Shown here: in pieces, positions 14,570 to 28,960 of the stretch | How the letters are laid out: each line of letters starts with the position of its first letter | How positions within the stretch are numbered: position 1 is the stretch's first letter | The notes under the pieces: model-generated | Seen by the model: only the letters and a program-made list of their open reading frames with translations | Databases searched by the model: none | What the model was told of the DNA's origin: nothing | Made by a program: the position numbers and the translations under genes | NCBI RefSeq assembly: GCF_009914755.1 | Contig: NC_060927.1 | Source of the DNA: the human T2T-CHM13v2.0 reference genome, Homo sapiens | DNA length: 64,000 bases | Strand: one strand, 5' to 3'

Positions 14570-16390
14570 GGTAGTCATTCTAGCAGTGAACGTGATAGGC
14601 AAGTTCCTGCCCTCACAGACCTTACATTCTGCATTGGGGTGGAGGTTAGGGTGCCCAGGAAAGACATAAATACAGAGGAATAAGAGCTATGGAGAAAAAT
14701 AAAACACAGGACAAATAGATAGAAGGATGATGAGTTCAGGACAAGTGCTGTTGAATGAGGGAAAGCATATCTGAGGACATGACCTTTGAGCAGAACGAGA
14801 GAGGGAGGAGCAAAGGTGCTGAGAGGTGTTTGGATTCTGAGTATCCTTTAAAGGTAGGGATAACTTGCTGGTGTATTAGATGTGGAGTATAAGAGAAAAA
14901 TGAATCTTTGGTCTGAGCAATTGGGTAAACATGGTACCGTTGTCTAAGATGAGGAAGAACAGGTACAAGGAACTGGGGAAATCAAGAGTTTTGTCTTGCA
15001 CGTGTTAGGTTTGAAATGTACTGTTAGACATCAGGTAGGGATGCCAGCTAGACAGTTATTCAAGTCAGAAATCTGGAGATGTGTTGAGACTGGAAAATTT
15101 TAATTTAGAAGTTGTCAGCATATGATATTTAAGCTACATTGCAAAGAGAGAGGAACCCTAGTGCAGAGTGAAGGTGTTGGTCTCAGGAGCAAAGACAGCT
15201 CATCTAGAATGTATGGATAGAGGTAACATGATATGGCCGTGGATCCAAACTTCCTGACTTCAAGTCTTGACTCTACTACATGCCAGCTGTGAGACCTTGG
15301 ACAAGTTATTTAACCTCTTTATATCTTAGTTTCCTCATCTGTAAATAGGATAGTAGGGTTTTGTGAGGATTGAATGAGATGATTTATATAAGGCACTTGT
15401 AACAGTGCCTGGCATGAGTAAGCACTATCTGAGTGTTACATCTGCAGGAAGATTGGTAGACTTGATGGTTGGAAGGGGAAGTAGTTCTCTTCACACAAAG
15501 AGCCCATTCAGGCAAGAAATATTTATTGAGCACCTGCTGTATGCAAGCTGCTATTCAAGGGGATAGGATACAGGATGAACAAAACAAAGGATTTGCCCTC
15601 ATGGAGTTTACATTGTAGTGGCAGGGATAGACCATAAGCCAACAAGTGAAATGCCAGATACTGATAACTACCATGGGGGAAAAAATGTTAAAGGAGATAC
15701 AGAGTGTTTGGTGGGGGGTGCAGATATTTTATATAGGTTGGTCAGGGAAAGGCTCACTGTTAAGGTGACTTATGAACAGACAACTTAAAAATTAATTAAT
15801 AGAAAAATAATAGTTACATGAATAAAAAACAAGCTATGCTATAGAGGAAAAGGAATGTTGGGAGCTACTAATTTATAGAGTAGTCCAGGAAAGCCTTCTT
15901 GTTTAAGTGACGTTTGAGGGGATCTAAAGGAAGTGGCCATGCAACGTCAGAAGAGAGTACACCAGGCAGAGGAGCCAAGTGCAGAGACCATGAGGCGGGA
16001 GAGCCTTGGCATTCTTGAGGAGTAGTGAGTGAGGAGGCTAGTGGCACCTGAGCAGCCAAGGAAGGGGACAGTGAAAGAGACTTCAGAGGAGCAGAGGCCA
16101 AATCATGTAGGAGCTGGCCCAAGTCTAACTCATTTTTATAATGAAAGTGAGACTTTTACTCTGAGATGCGAAGCCACTGGATGGTTTTGAGGACTGGGGC
16201 GGTGACATGATCTGACCTATGTCTTAAGGATTACTCTGACTGCTGTGTTAAGAAAGGACTAGAGAGATCAAGGGGGAAAGCAGATGGACCACTTAGGCTG
16301 TTGTAGTAGCCCATGTGAGAGATGGTCTAGGTAATAGTCATGAAGTAAGAAGTGGTAGGATTCTGGATATATTTAGAAGGTAGTGGTATT
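14570..16390 (+). mobile_element. Cluster of L2 and MIR fragments
   Basis: L2-like motifs (tttattgagcacctgctgtatgc, ggtcagggaaaggc, gtggtaggattctggatatattt) and a MIR core near 15280-15430. Boundaries are approximate. Confidence 0.6.
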
Positions 16391-16466
16391 TTAAAGCTAT
16401 GGAACCTGGAAGTAATCTCTAAAGGAGCAAAGGTAGCTACAACAACAGAGTATAGAAGAGGAAGTT

Positions 16467-16504
16467 TATATATATATATATATATAGCGAGAGAGAGAGA
16501 GAGA
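16467..16504. repeat. Compound (TA)n(GA)n microsatellite
   Basis: Directly visible. Confidence 0.9.
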
Positions 16505-16733
16505 AGGGAAGAAAAAAGAAAAAGAGTATAAAGACTATAGAAAAGAAAAGGTTTGATTTCTGGAATGTCCGACATTTTAGATTAGAGAAATGAAGATAAA
16601 TCAGTGTAGATGGCTGAGAATTATTCTCAGTACTCAACTTCTGGGAGGCTGATTTGGTAATTTAGTGTAATCAATAGGGAATTTCTTTATAAGAATAGCG
16701 TAAGGATTTACTACAGCAATGACATTTTTGTAA

Positions 16734-17393
<660 letters not shown>

Positions 17394-17642
17394 TAGTTTT
17401 TAGTCAGAGAACTGTGATTTGTTCGTACTCACAACATAAGTATACAAATATATGTATGAATGTGGATTTTTAAAAAGAGAGGACAGCAGCAAGTACATTC
17501 CCTTTCTTGTTTCTTACCCTGTACAGCCATCAGTGCATTTCTACTTGTTAGAGATTTTTATTGCTTCTAAGTACACTTACAAGCTTATATTTATGGATTT
17601 TGTGATAATAAAAAGTACAAATTGGTTGCCTTCGTTTTGCAG

Positions 17643-17808
17643 CTGTGGCCATTTGTATCACTCATTCTGCCTACAAAACAAAGAATGCACTGTGGAATTT
17701 GAGGGCCAAACAAGATGGACATGCTACAAATGCAGTTCAAGTAACAAAGTAGGAAAACTCAGTGAAAATTCATCTGAAATTAAAAAGGGAAGGATAACCC
17801 CATCACAG
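17643..17808 (+). CDS. VPS8: VPS8 coding exon, rest of RING-H2 ((S)CGHLYHSFCLQNKECTVEFEGQTRWTCYKCSSSNKVGKLSENSSEIKKGRITPSQ)
   Basis: Acceptor ttttgcag|, donor CAG|gtaaga. 166 nt, phase 2 to 0. C-x-H-x2-H-x2-C and CxxC complete a C3H2C3 RING. Lies within ORF 17452..18000. Confidence 0.96.
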
Positions 17809-18496
17809 GTAAGACTTGTTTTCGTGGCAAAATGGAAATGGTCTTTTCTTACCAATGTCATCTGGGCCTGGTCTCATTTCCTTCGGTTCCATAGGTCTCA
17901 ACAAATTTACCTGGTGGGTATTGGGTACATGAAATGTTCTTTTCAGTCCTATTTAGTGTTCGAAGAGCCTCTCCTCTCTACTCAGTATGGAAAAACATGA
18001 ATTTGAGAGCAACAGATGACATTTTCTGCCTTTAAACGGCTTAAGATCCAGTTGGACAGATGAGGTGTACACACATGAGCCTGCTTTTAAGACCTTTTGA
18101 TAGAGTAACAGCTTAGCAAGTACAGCTGAGTACTTGCAGGTACCAATGAGTACCTATATGATAAGAGTGCAGAATTATGACTTTTAAGTAGGGCTGATGA
18201 TGGACAAGGTGCATACACATATGCTCTTTCACTGCCTTTGGAGTCTGACTACTGGACTAGATGATAATTTTATGTATTTTACAGCCTTTTTTTAAAGCAG
18301 ACAGTGGAGCAGAGTTTGAACTCTACCGCTTGATAGTTTTCAGGAGAGCAGAGCTTGACAACATGAGGGGTTCAATGTGGAGAAGTTACTGGGACTGGGA
18401 CTTGATCATTGTGCTCTACTCGGCTATACTTCCTCTTTGAGGTAGTATCATATTTTTGGCTTCCTGTTCCTTCCTCTGTGCTACCCTATCCTATAG

Positions 18497-18852
<356 letters not shown>

Positions 18853-19119
18853 TCTCTTTTTGTTTCATCAGCCATCATCATTGTATTAGAAGCAGAGCCT
18901 GGGAAAACCTCCTGACTAACTTCTCTCCAGATAACAATGTAGAACTTCTACTCTCCAGTGGTAGCCTTTCCAATTATACCTTCCCCAAGTTTGTATTGAA
19001 CAGTGTGATAGGCACTGTGCCAGGTGCCTGGGGATACAATGGTAGACAAGGCAAACATGGTCTTGTCTTTCAGAGTATACAGTCAACAAACTTATAAAAG
19101 GATTTTTAACAGAGTACTC

Positions 19120-19854
19120 TCAAGTTTTTTCTGACTCCAATTCAGTTCAGTTCTGATACTAGCTAGAGTTAGAGACTCCATGGTTTAAGGGTTCAGTCCC
19201 ACACGAACAGTCCTCACTTTAGATGCCAGTCACAAACAAAGTACTCAGGCTACCTACTTTTGTCTGACTTGGCTGCAAATTCAGTGGTCCCCATGACCCC
19301 CTCTGAGGTTCCGTAATTCACTAGGATGATTCACAGAACTCAGGAAACACTTTATTTACATTTACCAATTTATTATAAAGGATGCGACTGAGAAAGAGCC
19401 AAATGGAAGAGGTGCATAGGGCAAGGTTGGGGAGGGGGATGAGGAGTGGTAGAGATTCCATGCCCTTTCTGGGCCTACCACCTTCCTAGCACATCAATGT
19501 CTACACCAACCCATAAGCTCCTCAACCCCACCATTTACAGGTTTTTTTTGGAGGTTTCATTATGTAGTCATGCCTGATTAAATTATTGGCCATTTATGAT
19601 TGAGCTCAATCTCCAGCCCCTCTCCCCTCTGCACAGGTTGGGAGATGGGGCTGAAAGTTCCAAACCTCTAACCATGGCTTGGTCTTTCTGGCACCTAGCC
19701 CTCATGCTGAAGCTATCCAGGGGTCTCCAGCCAGCAGTCATCTTATTCTCATGCAAAAGACACTCTCATCACTCAGGAGATTCCAAGGGTTTTAGGAGCT
19801 GTGTGCCAGGAACCTAAGACAAAGGCCAAATATATGTATTTTTATTATACCACA
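19120..19854. mobile_element. Solo LTR, MER21-like
   Basis: Recognised motifs (caattcagttcagttctgatact, cacagaactcaggaaacactttatttac, ccaaatatatgtattttttattataccaca). Family name from memory. Confidence 0.6.
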
Positions 19855-20389
19855 AGTACTTACAGATGAACTATGCTGTAAGTACAGATAATGAGTAGAT
19901 ATAAAATAGACATGAGGGATCATGGAAGGCCTGCTAGAAGTGCCCTGTTAGCTTCCCTTGAAGGGAAAAGAAAAGGAGTAAGCTAGACGAGTTTAAGTGC
20001 AACAAACCCAGAACTAGAAGGTAAGTAGAATGAAATTAAGAGGGTCAGAAAGAGAGTGAAATGAGGTGAGGTTCATTAGGCAAGCAAGGACCAAGTTAAG
20101 TACTCATGTGTGCCAATACTTATGGCATTATATTTTTTCATTGGTAAGTGTAATGTTAACTGTAGGCTTTTAGTCTGTAACCTTTATATCATGTTTAGGG
20201 AATTCCTTTTTATTCCAAGTTTTCTTGAGAAATTTTTCATGAATTGGTGTAAAATTTTGAAAGCCATTTACACTACATTGGTTGCCCTCTTCCTATGTTC
20301 CCCACACCTCTTGCAGTGAAGAAAGGTAATCTGTTCACTGAATTTCTTCCTACCTTCTCGAGCATCAAGAAAGGTTCGGAAACCATTTA

Positions 20390-23300
20390 ATTTTATTTTT
20401 AAATTTTTTATTTCCATAGTTTTTGAGGAACAGGTGGTTTTTGATTACTTGGAAAAGTTATTTAGTGGTGATTTCTGAGATTTTGGTGCACCCATCACCC
20501 AAGCAGTGTACCCTATGCCCAGTGTGTACTCTTTTATCCCTTACTTTGCTCCAGTCCTTCCCCCCTCCCTGAGTCCCCAAAGTCCATTATTTCATTCTTA
20601 TGCTTTTGCATTCCATAGTTAAGCTCCCACTGATAAATGAGAACATAAGATGCTTGGTTTTCCATTCCTGAGTTACTTCACTTAGAATAATGGTCTCCAT
20701 CTCCATCCAGATTGTGCAAATGCCATTATTTTGTTTCTTTTTATGGCTGAGTAGTATTCCATGGTGTATGTATACCACATTTCTTTATGCACTCCTTGGT
20801 TGGTGGACATTTAGGTTGGTTCCACATCTTGCAGTTGCAAATTGTGCTGCTATAAACATGCATGTACAAGTGTCTTTTTCATATAATGACTTATTTTCCT
20901 TTGGGTAGATACCAAGTAATGGAATTGCTGCATCCAATGGTAGTTCTACTTTTAGTTCTTTAAGGAACCTCCATACTGTTTTCCATAATAGTTGTACTAG
21001 TTTACATTCCCACTAGCAGTGTAAAAGTGTTGCCTTTCTGCCACATCCATGCCAACATCTAATATTTTTTTATTTTTATTTTTATTTTTATTTTTATTTT
21101 TTCTCATTTTTTTTTTTTTTTTAATTGATCATTCTTGGGTGTTTCTCGCAGAGGGGGATTTGGCAGGGTCATAGGACAATAGTGGAGGGAAGGTCAGCAG
21201 ATAAACAAGTGAACAAAGGTCTCTGGTTTTCCTAGGCAGAGGACCCTGCGGCCTTCCGCAGTGTTTGTGTCCCTGGGTACTTGAGATTAGGGATTGGTGA
21301 TGACTCTTAACGAGCATGCTGCCTTCAAGCATCTGTTTAACAAAGCACATCTTGCACCGCCCTTAATCCATTTAACCCTGAGTGGACACAGCACATGTTT
21401 CAGAGAGCACAGGGTTGGGGGTAAGGTCATAGATCAACAGGATCCCAAGGCAGAAGAATTTTTCTTAGTACAGAACAAAATGAAAAGTCTCCCATGTCTA
21501 CTTCTTTCTACACAGACACAGCAACCATCCGATTTCTCAATCTTTTCCCCACCTTTCCCCCTTTTCTATTCCACAAAACCACCATTGTCATCATGGCCCG
21601 TTCTCAATGAGCTGTTGGGTACACCTCCCAGACGGTGTGGTGGCCGGGCAGAGTGGCTCCTCACTTCCCAGACGGGGTGGCTGCCGGGCGGAGGGGCTCC
21701 TCACTTCTCAGACGGGGCGGCTGCCAGGCGGAGGGGCTCCTCACTTCTCAGACGGGGCGGCTGCCGGGCGGAGGGTCTCCTCACTTCTCAGACGGGGCGG
21801 CCGGGCAGAGACGCTCCTCACCTCCCAGATGGGGTCGCGGCCAGGCAGAGGCGCTCCTCACCTCCCAGACGGGGTGGCGGGGCAGAGGCGCTCCCCACAT
21901 CTCAGACGATGGGCGGCCGGGCAGAGACGCTCCTCACTTCCTAGATGGGATGGCGGCCGGGCAGAGACGCTCCTCACTTTCCAGACTGGGCAGCCAGGCA
22001 GAGATGCTCCCCACCTCCCAGATGGGGTGGCGGCCAGGCAGAGGCTGCAATCTCGGCACCCCGGGAGGCCAAGGCAGGCGGCCGGGAGGTGGAGGCTGCA
22101 GCGAGCCGAGACCACGCCACTGCACTCCAGCCTGGGCACCATTGAGCACTGAGTGAACGAGACTCCGTCTGCAATCCCGGCACCCCGGGAGGCCGAGGCT
22201 GGCGGATCACTCGTGGTTAGGAGCTGGAGACCAGCCCGGCCAACACAGCAAAACCCCGTCTCCACCAAAAAAATACGAAAACCAGTCAGGCGTGGCGGCG
22301 CGCGCCCGCAATCGCAGGCACTCGGCAGGCTGAGGCAGGAGAACCAGGCAGGGAGGCTGCAGCGAGCCGAGATGGCAGCAGCACAGTCCAGCCTCGGCTC
22401 GGCCTCAGAGGGAGACCGTGGAAAGAGAGGGAGAGGGAGACCGTGGGGAGAGGGAGACCGCGGGGAGAGGGAGAGGGAGAGCTCTTTATTTTTTAATTAG
22501 GGCCATTCTTGCAGGAGTAAAGTGGTGTCTTATTGCGGTTTCAATTTGCATTTCTCTGATAGTTTAGTGATGTTGAGCATTTTTTCATACATTTGGCCGT
22601 TTGTATGTCTTCTTTTGAGAATTGTCTATTTGCATCCTTTGCCCACTTTTTGATGGGGTTGTTTTTTTCTTGCTGATTTGTTTGAGTTCCTTGTAGATTC
22701 TGGTTGTTAGTCCTTTGTTAGATCCATAGTTTGTGAATATTTTCTCCCACTCTATGGGCTGTCTGTTTACTCTGCTGATTATTTCTTTTGCTGTGCAGAA
22801 CCTTTTTAGTTTAATTAGGTTCCATTTATTTATTTGGTTTTTTTTGTTTTGTTTTTTATTTATTTATTTATTTATTTATTTTTGCATTTGCTTTTGGGTT
22901 CTTGATCATGAGGTCTTTGCCTAAGCCAATGTCTACAAGGGTTTTTATGGATTCAGGGCTTAGATTTAAGTCTTTGATGCATCTTGAGTTGACTTTGTAT
23001 ACAGTGAGAGTTGAGGATCCAGTTTCATTCTTCTACATGTGGCTTGCCAATTATCCCAAGCACCATTTGTTGAATAGGGTGTCCTTTCCCCACTTTGTGT
23101 TTTTGTATGCTTTGTCAAAGATCAGTTAGCTGTAAGTATTTGGCTTTATACCTGGTTTCTCTGCTCTGTTCCATTGGTCTACATTCCTATTTTTATACCA
23201 GTACCATGTTGTATTGGTAACCATACCGTTGTAGTATAGCTTGAAGTTGGGTAATGTGATGCCTCCAGATTTGTTCTTTTTGCTTAGTATTGCTTTGGCT

Positions 23301-23932
23301 ATGTGGGCTCTCTTTTGGTTCCATATGAATTTTAGGATGTTTTTTCTAGTTCCATGAAGAATGATGATGGTATTTTGATGGGAATTGCATTGAATCTGTA
23401 GATTGCTTTTGGCAGTATGGTCATTTTCACAATATTGATTCTACCCATCCATGAGCAAAGGATGTATTTCCATTTGTTTGTGTCATCTGTGATTTCTTTC
23501 AGCAGTGTTTTGTAGTTTTCCTTGTAGAGGTCTTTCAGCTCCTTGGTTGGGTATATTCCTAAGTATTTTATTTATTTTATTTATTTATTTATTTATTTAT
23601 TTATTCTTGCAGCTATTGTAAAAGGGATTGAGTTCTTGATTCTCAGCTTGGTCATAGTTGGTGTATAGCAGTGCTGCTGATTTGGGTATGTTAATTTTTT
23701 ATCCTAAATCTTTATTGAATTCCTTTGTCAGATCTAGGAGCTTATTGGATGGGTCTTTAGGGTTTTTAAGGTACACAATCATGTCATTGGCGAACAGTGA
23801 TGGTTTGACTTCCTTTTTACCGATTGGGTGTCCTTTATTTCTTTCTCTTGTCTGATTGCTGTGGCCAGGACTTCCAGTACTATGTTGAATAAATGAAAGT
23901 GGGCATCCTTGTCTTGTTGCAGTTCTCAGGGG
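20390..23932 (-). mobile_element. 5'-truncated L1 (L1PB/L1MA-type), interrupted by the SVA
   Basis: Antisense L1 3'UTR (ttccattcctgagttacttcacttagaataatgg) and ORF2 sequence continuous across the SVA (gccaacatct...ttttttaattagggccattcttgcagg). Confidence 0.88.
21066..22483 (-). mobile_element. SVA retrotransposon, full length with short VNTR (SVA_B/C-like)
   Basis: Read on the minus strand: CCCTCT-type hexamers (22410-22483), Alu-like domain (about 22050-22410), GC-rich VNTR (about 21620-22050), SINE-R/HERV-K LTR part (about 21125-21620), poly-A tail (21066-21122). Confidence 0.95.
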
Positions 23933-26259
23933 AAACCATTTTAAAATGGGATCTACACATCAGCAAAAGTTTGTTTCTGGGGCTATCCCATTCTGCAGGA
24001 CAGGAGAGATGACCCAACATTTTCATTAACAGGAAACTTCAGTAAGATCAAATCTAGACACTTTATTGTAATTGTATGGAAGACAGAATGAGAACTATTT
24101 TGTTTTTTCTTAAATTTTCCTCTAGCTCTCTGTGTCCTTTGATTTTCTTGCATAAGATATTGTAAAAAGATCTAGTGGGTTAGGTAATATAAGAAGGAAG
24201 AGGATATGAAATTTATCAAATACATGTGTTAGATGTTTTTATGTTAAGTTAGTCTTTACATCAAGTTGTGAGGGTGATATAATCCTTATTTTACAGCTGT
24301 AGGAACTATCTGTAGCTCAGAGAGTGAGGGCCAATATTTGACCTCAAGTTTGTAAGACCATCATCACCCTGAATTATCCTACCACCAACCTGTTCTATTT
24401 TTATTCTGGCTTTATTGAAACCTGGTAAAGCTGATTTTTCAAATACATCCATACCATATTGGCAGTCCTAATTAAGATTTCTCACCATTGTGTGAACCAT
24501 TCACATTTCCAGTTATAATAAAATTTAAAATGAAAATACTAATTCTACTGTGATCGTTTCTATTAAATTTTGTTATATGAAAGTTTTACTTTGCCCCCTT
24601 AATTTCCTTTAAAAATCCGTCATCCCTGGTTAAGTTCCTACACAGTGCATGGAGAGCAGCACAGGAGGGCCCAGTGACTCAGACATCAAGCTGAAACAGC
24701 CAGGCAGCTTCCGCCTGTTGCTGTCTACACCTAGAAGATGGTGAATGCATTGGAATCCCCTCACTGCCTTTGTAATGCAGTCCTTCTGTCAAATAGCTTT
24801 TTGTTTCATCTCTTTCCAAGACTTGAGATAATTAACTTTTACTTCTTCAGTTTCTGGCTCCAACTCTACAGGATGCAATAGTTACCCTCAAAACTATGGT
24901 CATGGCAGATAAAGTCTTTCTTCCTGCCACTTCTGTCTCACTGCTTTTTTCATAACTGGTCAATATATACAACCAATAATTCAGACGTAATAGTTGCCTG
25001 CCAACAAGGTTACATAGATGTGTTGGGAGTTATTCCCCAGAAAGCCTGCTTTCTCTGGAATAAGCACTTTTAGTCTTCAAAAAAAGGAGAAATGACCCAA
25101 ATTACTTTCTTTCCTTATCTCCCCCTCTTCCTCCTTCCCACAGGCTTACTGAAAATCAGATCTATAGAATAGGCCTTGTAAATCTATCTGATTCTCTTTC
25201 TGATTTCTCTACATATTACCCACAGGAGAAACTAATTTCAGCTGAAGTACTCAACATTCTAGTATATTTTCTCAAGAACATTACTCACTTACATTAATAC
25301 AATCAAATAATTTAAATTTCACCTTTGATTATTCCTATATTAAATTCATAGTAGCAAATAACAATCTTCTTTGGCATTGATTAGCATGAGAAGAAATTAG
25401 CTTGCTATTAATTGTTTAAAAAATAATATTTGTTAGTCAACAGGTAACTTGATATAAATTCAAAGAAAAATATCTAAGATTTGCTAGATTTCAGTTAACA
25501 GGGCTTGGAGTTCTTGAGAGTAGGTAATAAGCTAGCACATTGTTATGTACCAGAATATTCAAGTTGTTATTCCTTTTAAAACTTCAAACCCAAGAGCATT
25601 CTTAGACACTCAGGGAGTTTTATATGGTATTGTTCAAAACCAACTGAGTTTTTCCCCACTACTTGGAATTGGTTTTATTTCTTGGTGTTTAGTGTTCTCT
25701 AGGAAAACGTTTTGTCTTTTGGGGTAAATGTACAAATAATGCTAGGAGGAAGTATGAACAACTTCCAAGTAATTATTCAGTAAATGATATTTATGTTCAC
25801 TAGCCATAATTTTCTATTAACCATTGCACATTGCTTATTTATTTTGAATTCCCACTACACTTGGAGATTCAGTTTACATGCCATTTAATGAAATAGGAAC
25901 AGTGATATTAATGCCTGTTTTCATTTGTCCATTTAAAAAGAATATTAGCTCTCTGATATAAATAGGTCATATCAATACTATATTACTATAATTAAATATA
26001 TATTACTATAATTAAACCAAATACTAAAAAATGAGATTTCAGTGTTCAGCAGTAGTGCCATTTTTCAAAAGAGTATATTCAACATTAAACTTATAAATTA
26101 AATGAAGATTAATATGTCTCAGAAGTACATAGAGACGATTGATCATCCTAATATAAATGCAGCATTTTGAGGAGACTTTTGCCCATTTTCCAATAATCTT
26201 GTTATTATACTGTAGTACTAAGTGATTCATTACTTCAGCCAATATTTAATGTTAAGGGA

Positions 26260-26970
26260 TTCATTACTTCAGCCAGTATTTAATGTATACCTGCATTGAG
26301 CCAAACACTATTCTTGGTATGACGATACATTGGTGAACAAAAAAATAACCATAGTTCCCACTATCATGTAGCTTGCCATCTAGTAAGGGAGCTAGACATA
26401 AATAATTAGGTAAACAAGCATTATATCAAATATATAGCTTCAAATTGTGACAGGTACATAATTGGCATAAAGGGAAAGAATAGAATAGTATAAGGGAGAA
26501 TAACATGAGGGAAACGTACGTTAGGTGGTTAGGGAATCTTTATATGCAGAGGTAATATTTAAGCCAAGACCTGAAGGCTAAGGCGGTACCAGCCATGTGA
26601 AAAACATTTTAGGCAAGAAATTTCAGGCAAGAGAGAACAGCAAGCACAAAGGATCTGAGGAGACAAATGACTTGTTCAAGGAACTGAAAAAAGATCAGCA
26701 GCTGGAACCATAGTGCCTAAAAGGGAAAATGGCCAGGAATGAGGTTGAAGAGGTAGGTAGACAGGGCCTGGTTAGCCTTAAAGACCCTGGTAAACAGGTA
26801 AACAAGCATTATATCAAATATATAGTTTCAAATTGTGATAGGTACTTAATTGACATAAAGGGAAAGAATAAGGGAGAGTAACATGAGGGAAACCTACTTT
26901 AGATTAGGAGACAAATGTCTTGTTCAGTCAAGAGTTTGGTTTTTATTCTTAGGAAACATTGAATGGTGAT
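26260..26970 (+). mobile_element. L2 fragment carrying a local templated duplication
   Basis: L2 motifs (gaggtaatatttaagccaagacctgaagg, gagaacagcaagcacaaagg, gagtttggtttttattct). Confidence 0.65.
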
Positions 26971-27427
26971 TGCAGCTGTAGAAAATGGATAGCCAGATCT
27001 GTATTACCAGCCCAGTTCTCACTTATTTTCCAGAGCTGTATAGCAGTCAGACTTTTGAAGTTCTGTAAATTCGTACATTTCCCTTTGATGCAGAAAAATC
27101 TTCATACAGACAAAGAGAACTAAGGATGAAAGTAATACCAAGACATTGTTTTTAGTATTTTATAGAACTAAGGTTTTGATGGAAATATGAGATAAGGACA
27201 TAAGAAATTCTGTTGTCCAATAAAATGTGAAAAAAATGCAATTTTACCAGTAATCAAAGAAATGCAAGCTAAATCAACTATACCATTTTTTTTACTTATT
27301 AAGCTGGCAAATATTTAAAAATACATAATTAAACTGAGACACATTAAAAATACATATGCATTTACATTGATAAGGATGTGAGGAGACAGATACTTTTATG
27401 CACTACTAGTGGGAATGCATATTTGTA

Positions 27428-27511
27428 TAAGTCCACAAGCCCTTGTCTAAGTCACTTTGGCCAGATATGTTTCAGAATTCAGAATTTTTTGGATTTTATA
27501 AATGTAATATG
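27428..27511 (+). mobile_element. Left part of a Tigger-family MITE (MER46C-like); the remainder lies at about 30660-30697 and 37750-37945
   Basis: taagtccacaagcccttg...ccagatatgtttcagaattcagaatttttt. Its terminus is roughly inverted relative to ...aagggagttgtggccc near 37930-37945. Confidence 0.6.
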
Positions 27512-28548
27512 AAGACTTTCACTTCAGGACAAGATGCATTTGGAGTTTTTTGCGGGGGGTAGGGAAGGGGCAAAATATATAAAATAATGGTTCATAAGAC
27601 ATTGGACACCAGGCAGTGAAAGATAGTGACCCCTGAAAGATAAGAAACAAATGACATAAACCCTAAGATTTCTACCAAATTACTCCCTGGAGAAAGTTTT
27701 CACGGCATGACTCAGAGAGGGAGAACGAAGGCAGAGCTTAGTCTCTCCGGGTCAAGGGGACAGGGCTCAGAGTCCAGGAAAGACAAGGTGGCTAGAGTTT
27801 GCAGGGTGGAGTATTAGGTGAGAGCCATACAGAGGGCTCCATAGATCTGCAGAAGGTAACTTTTGAGTATTCAGTTGAGTACTTACCCACTTATTTACCC
27901 ACTGTGTGAGGAAACTACTTCAGGTCCAAAAAAAAAAAAAAAAAAAAGGTGCCACCCAAAAGGATTAGATTGAACAATGTCCCAGACTCACAAAGAGCCA
28001 GAAATAATGCTTGCTCCCACCAGCCAGCCTGGAAATCTTCATAAATCACAAGGTAGCATTGAGAGTACTAAGTAAGTTCTTAGCCTCAGTAGTGGGGAAA
28101 AAAATTAACTTTAAACTAACTGCTGCTTTGATCTCACCTAACAAAGCTTAAAAGCAAAAACCTAAAAAGATAAAACTATTTGCAAGTATTTTAACCATAT
28201 CGCAGAACAGAGTTTAGCAATGTATTAAAGAATTATAAAAATATCCAATACCCAACAAGATAGAATCCACAATGTCTAGTATTTGATCAAAAATTACTAG
28301 GCATGCAAAGAAGCAGGAAAATACAAGCCATGATAATGAGGAAAAGAAAACAACCCATTGAAACTAACACAGAAATGACCCAGATAATAAAATTAGTAGA
28401 TAAGGACATTTAAAGTTATAATTGTATTCCATATGTTCAAGAAGCTAGAAGAACAATTGAATACGTCAAATGGAAATATGGAAGTTACAAAGAACCAGTA
28501 GAACATCTAGAGATTAAAACTACAATGTCTGAGATGAAGAATATACTA

Positions 28549-28960
<412 letters not shown>

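Noticed and set aside
17452-18000. 182-aa ORF, the longest non-repeat ORF, as a standalone gene
   Set aside because: Only 17643-17808 is bounded by splice sites and RING-like. The flanks look like chance open intron sequence.
21294-22500. Several overlapping 115-216 aa ORFs
   Set aside because: They are translations of the GC-rich SVA VNTR and Alu-like domains, which lack stops by composition.
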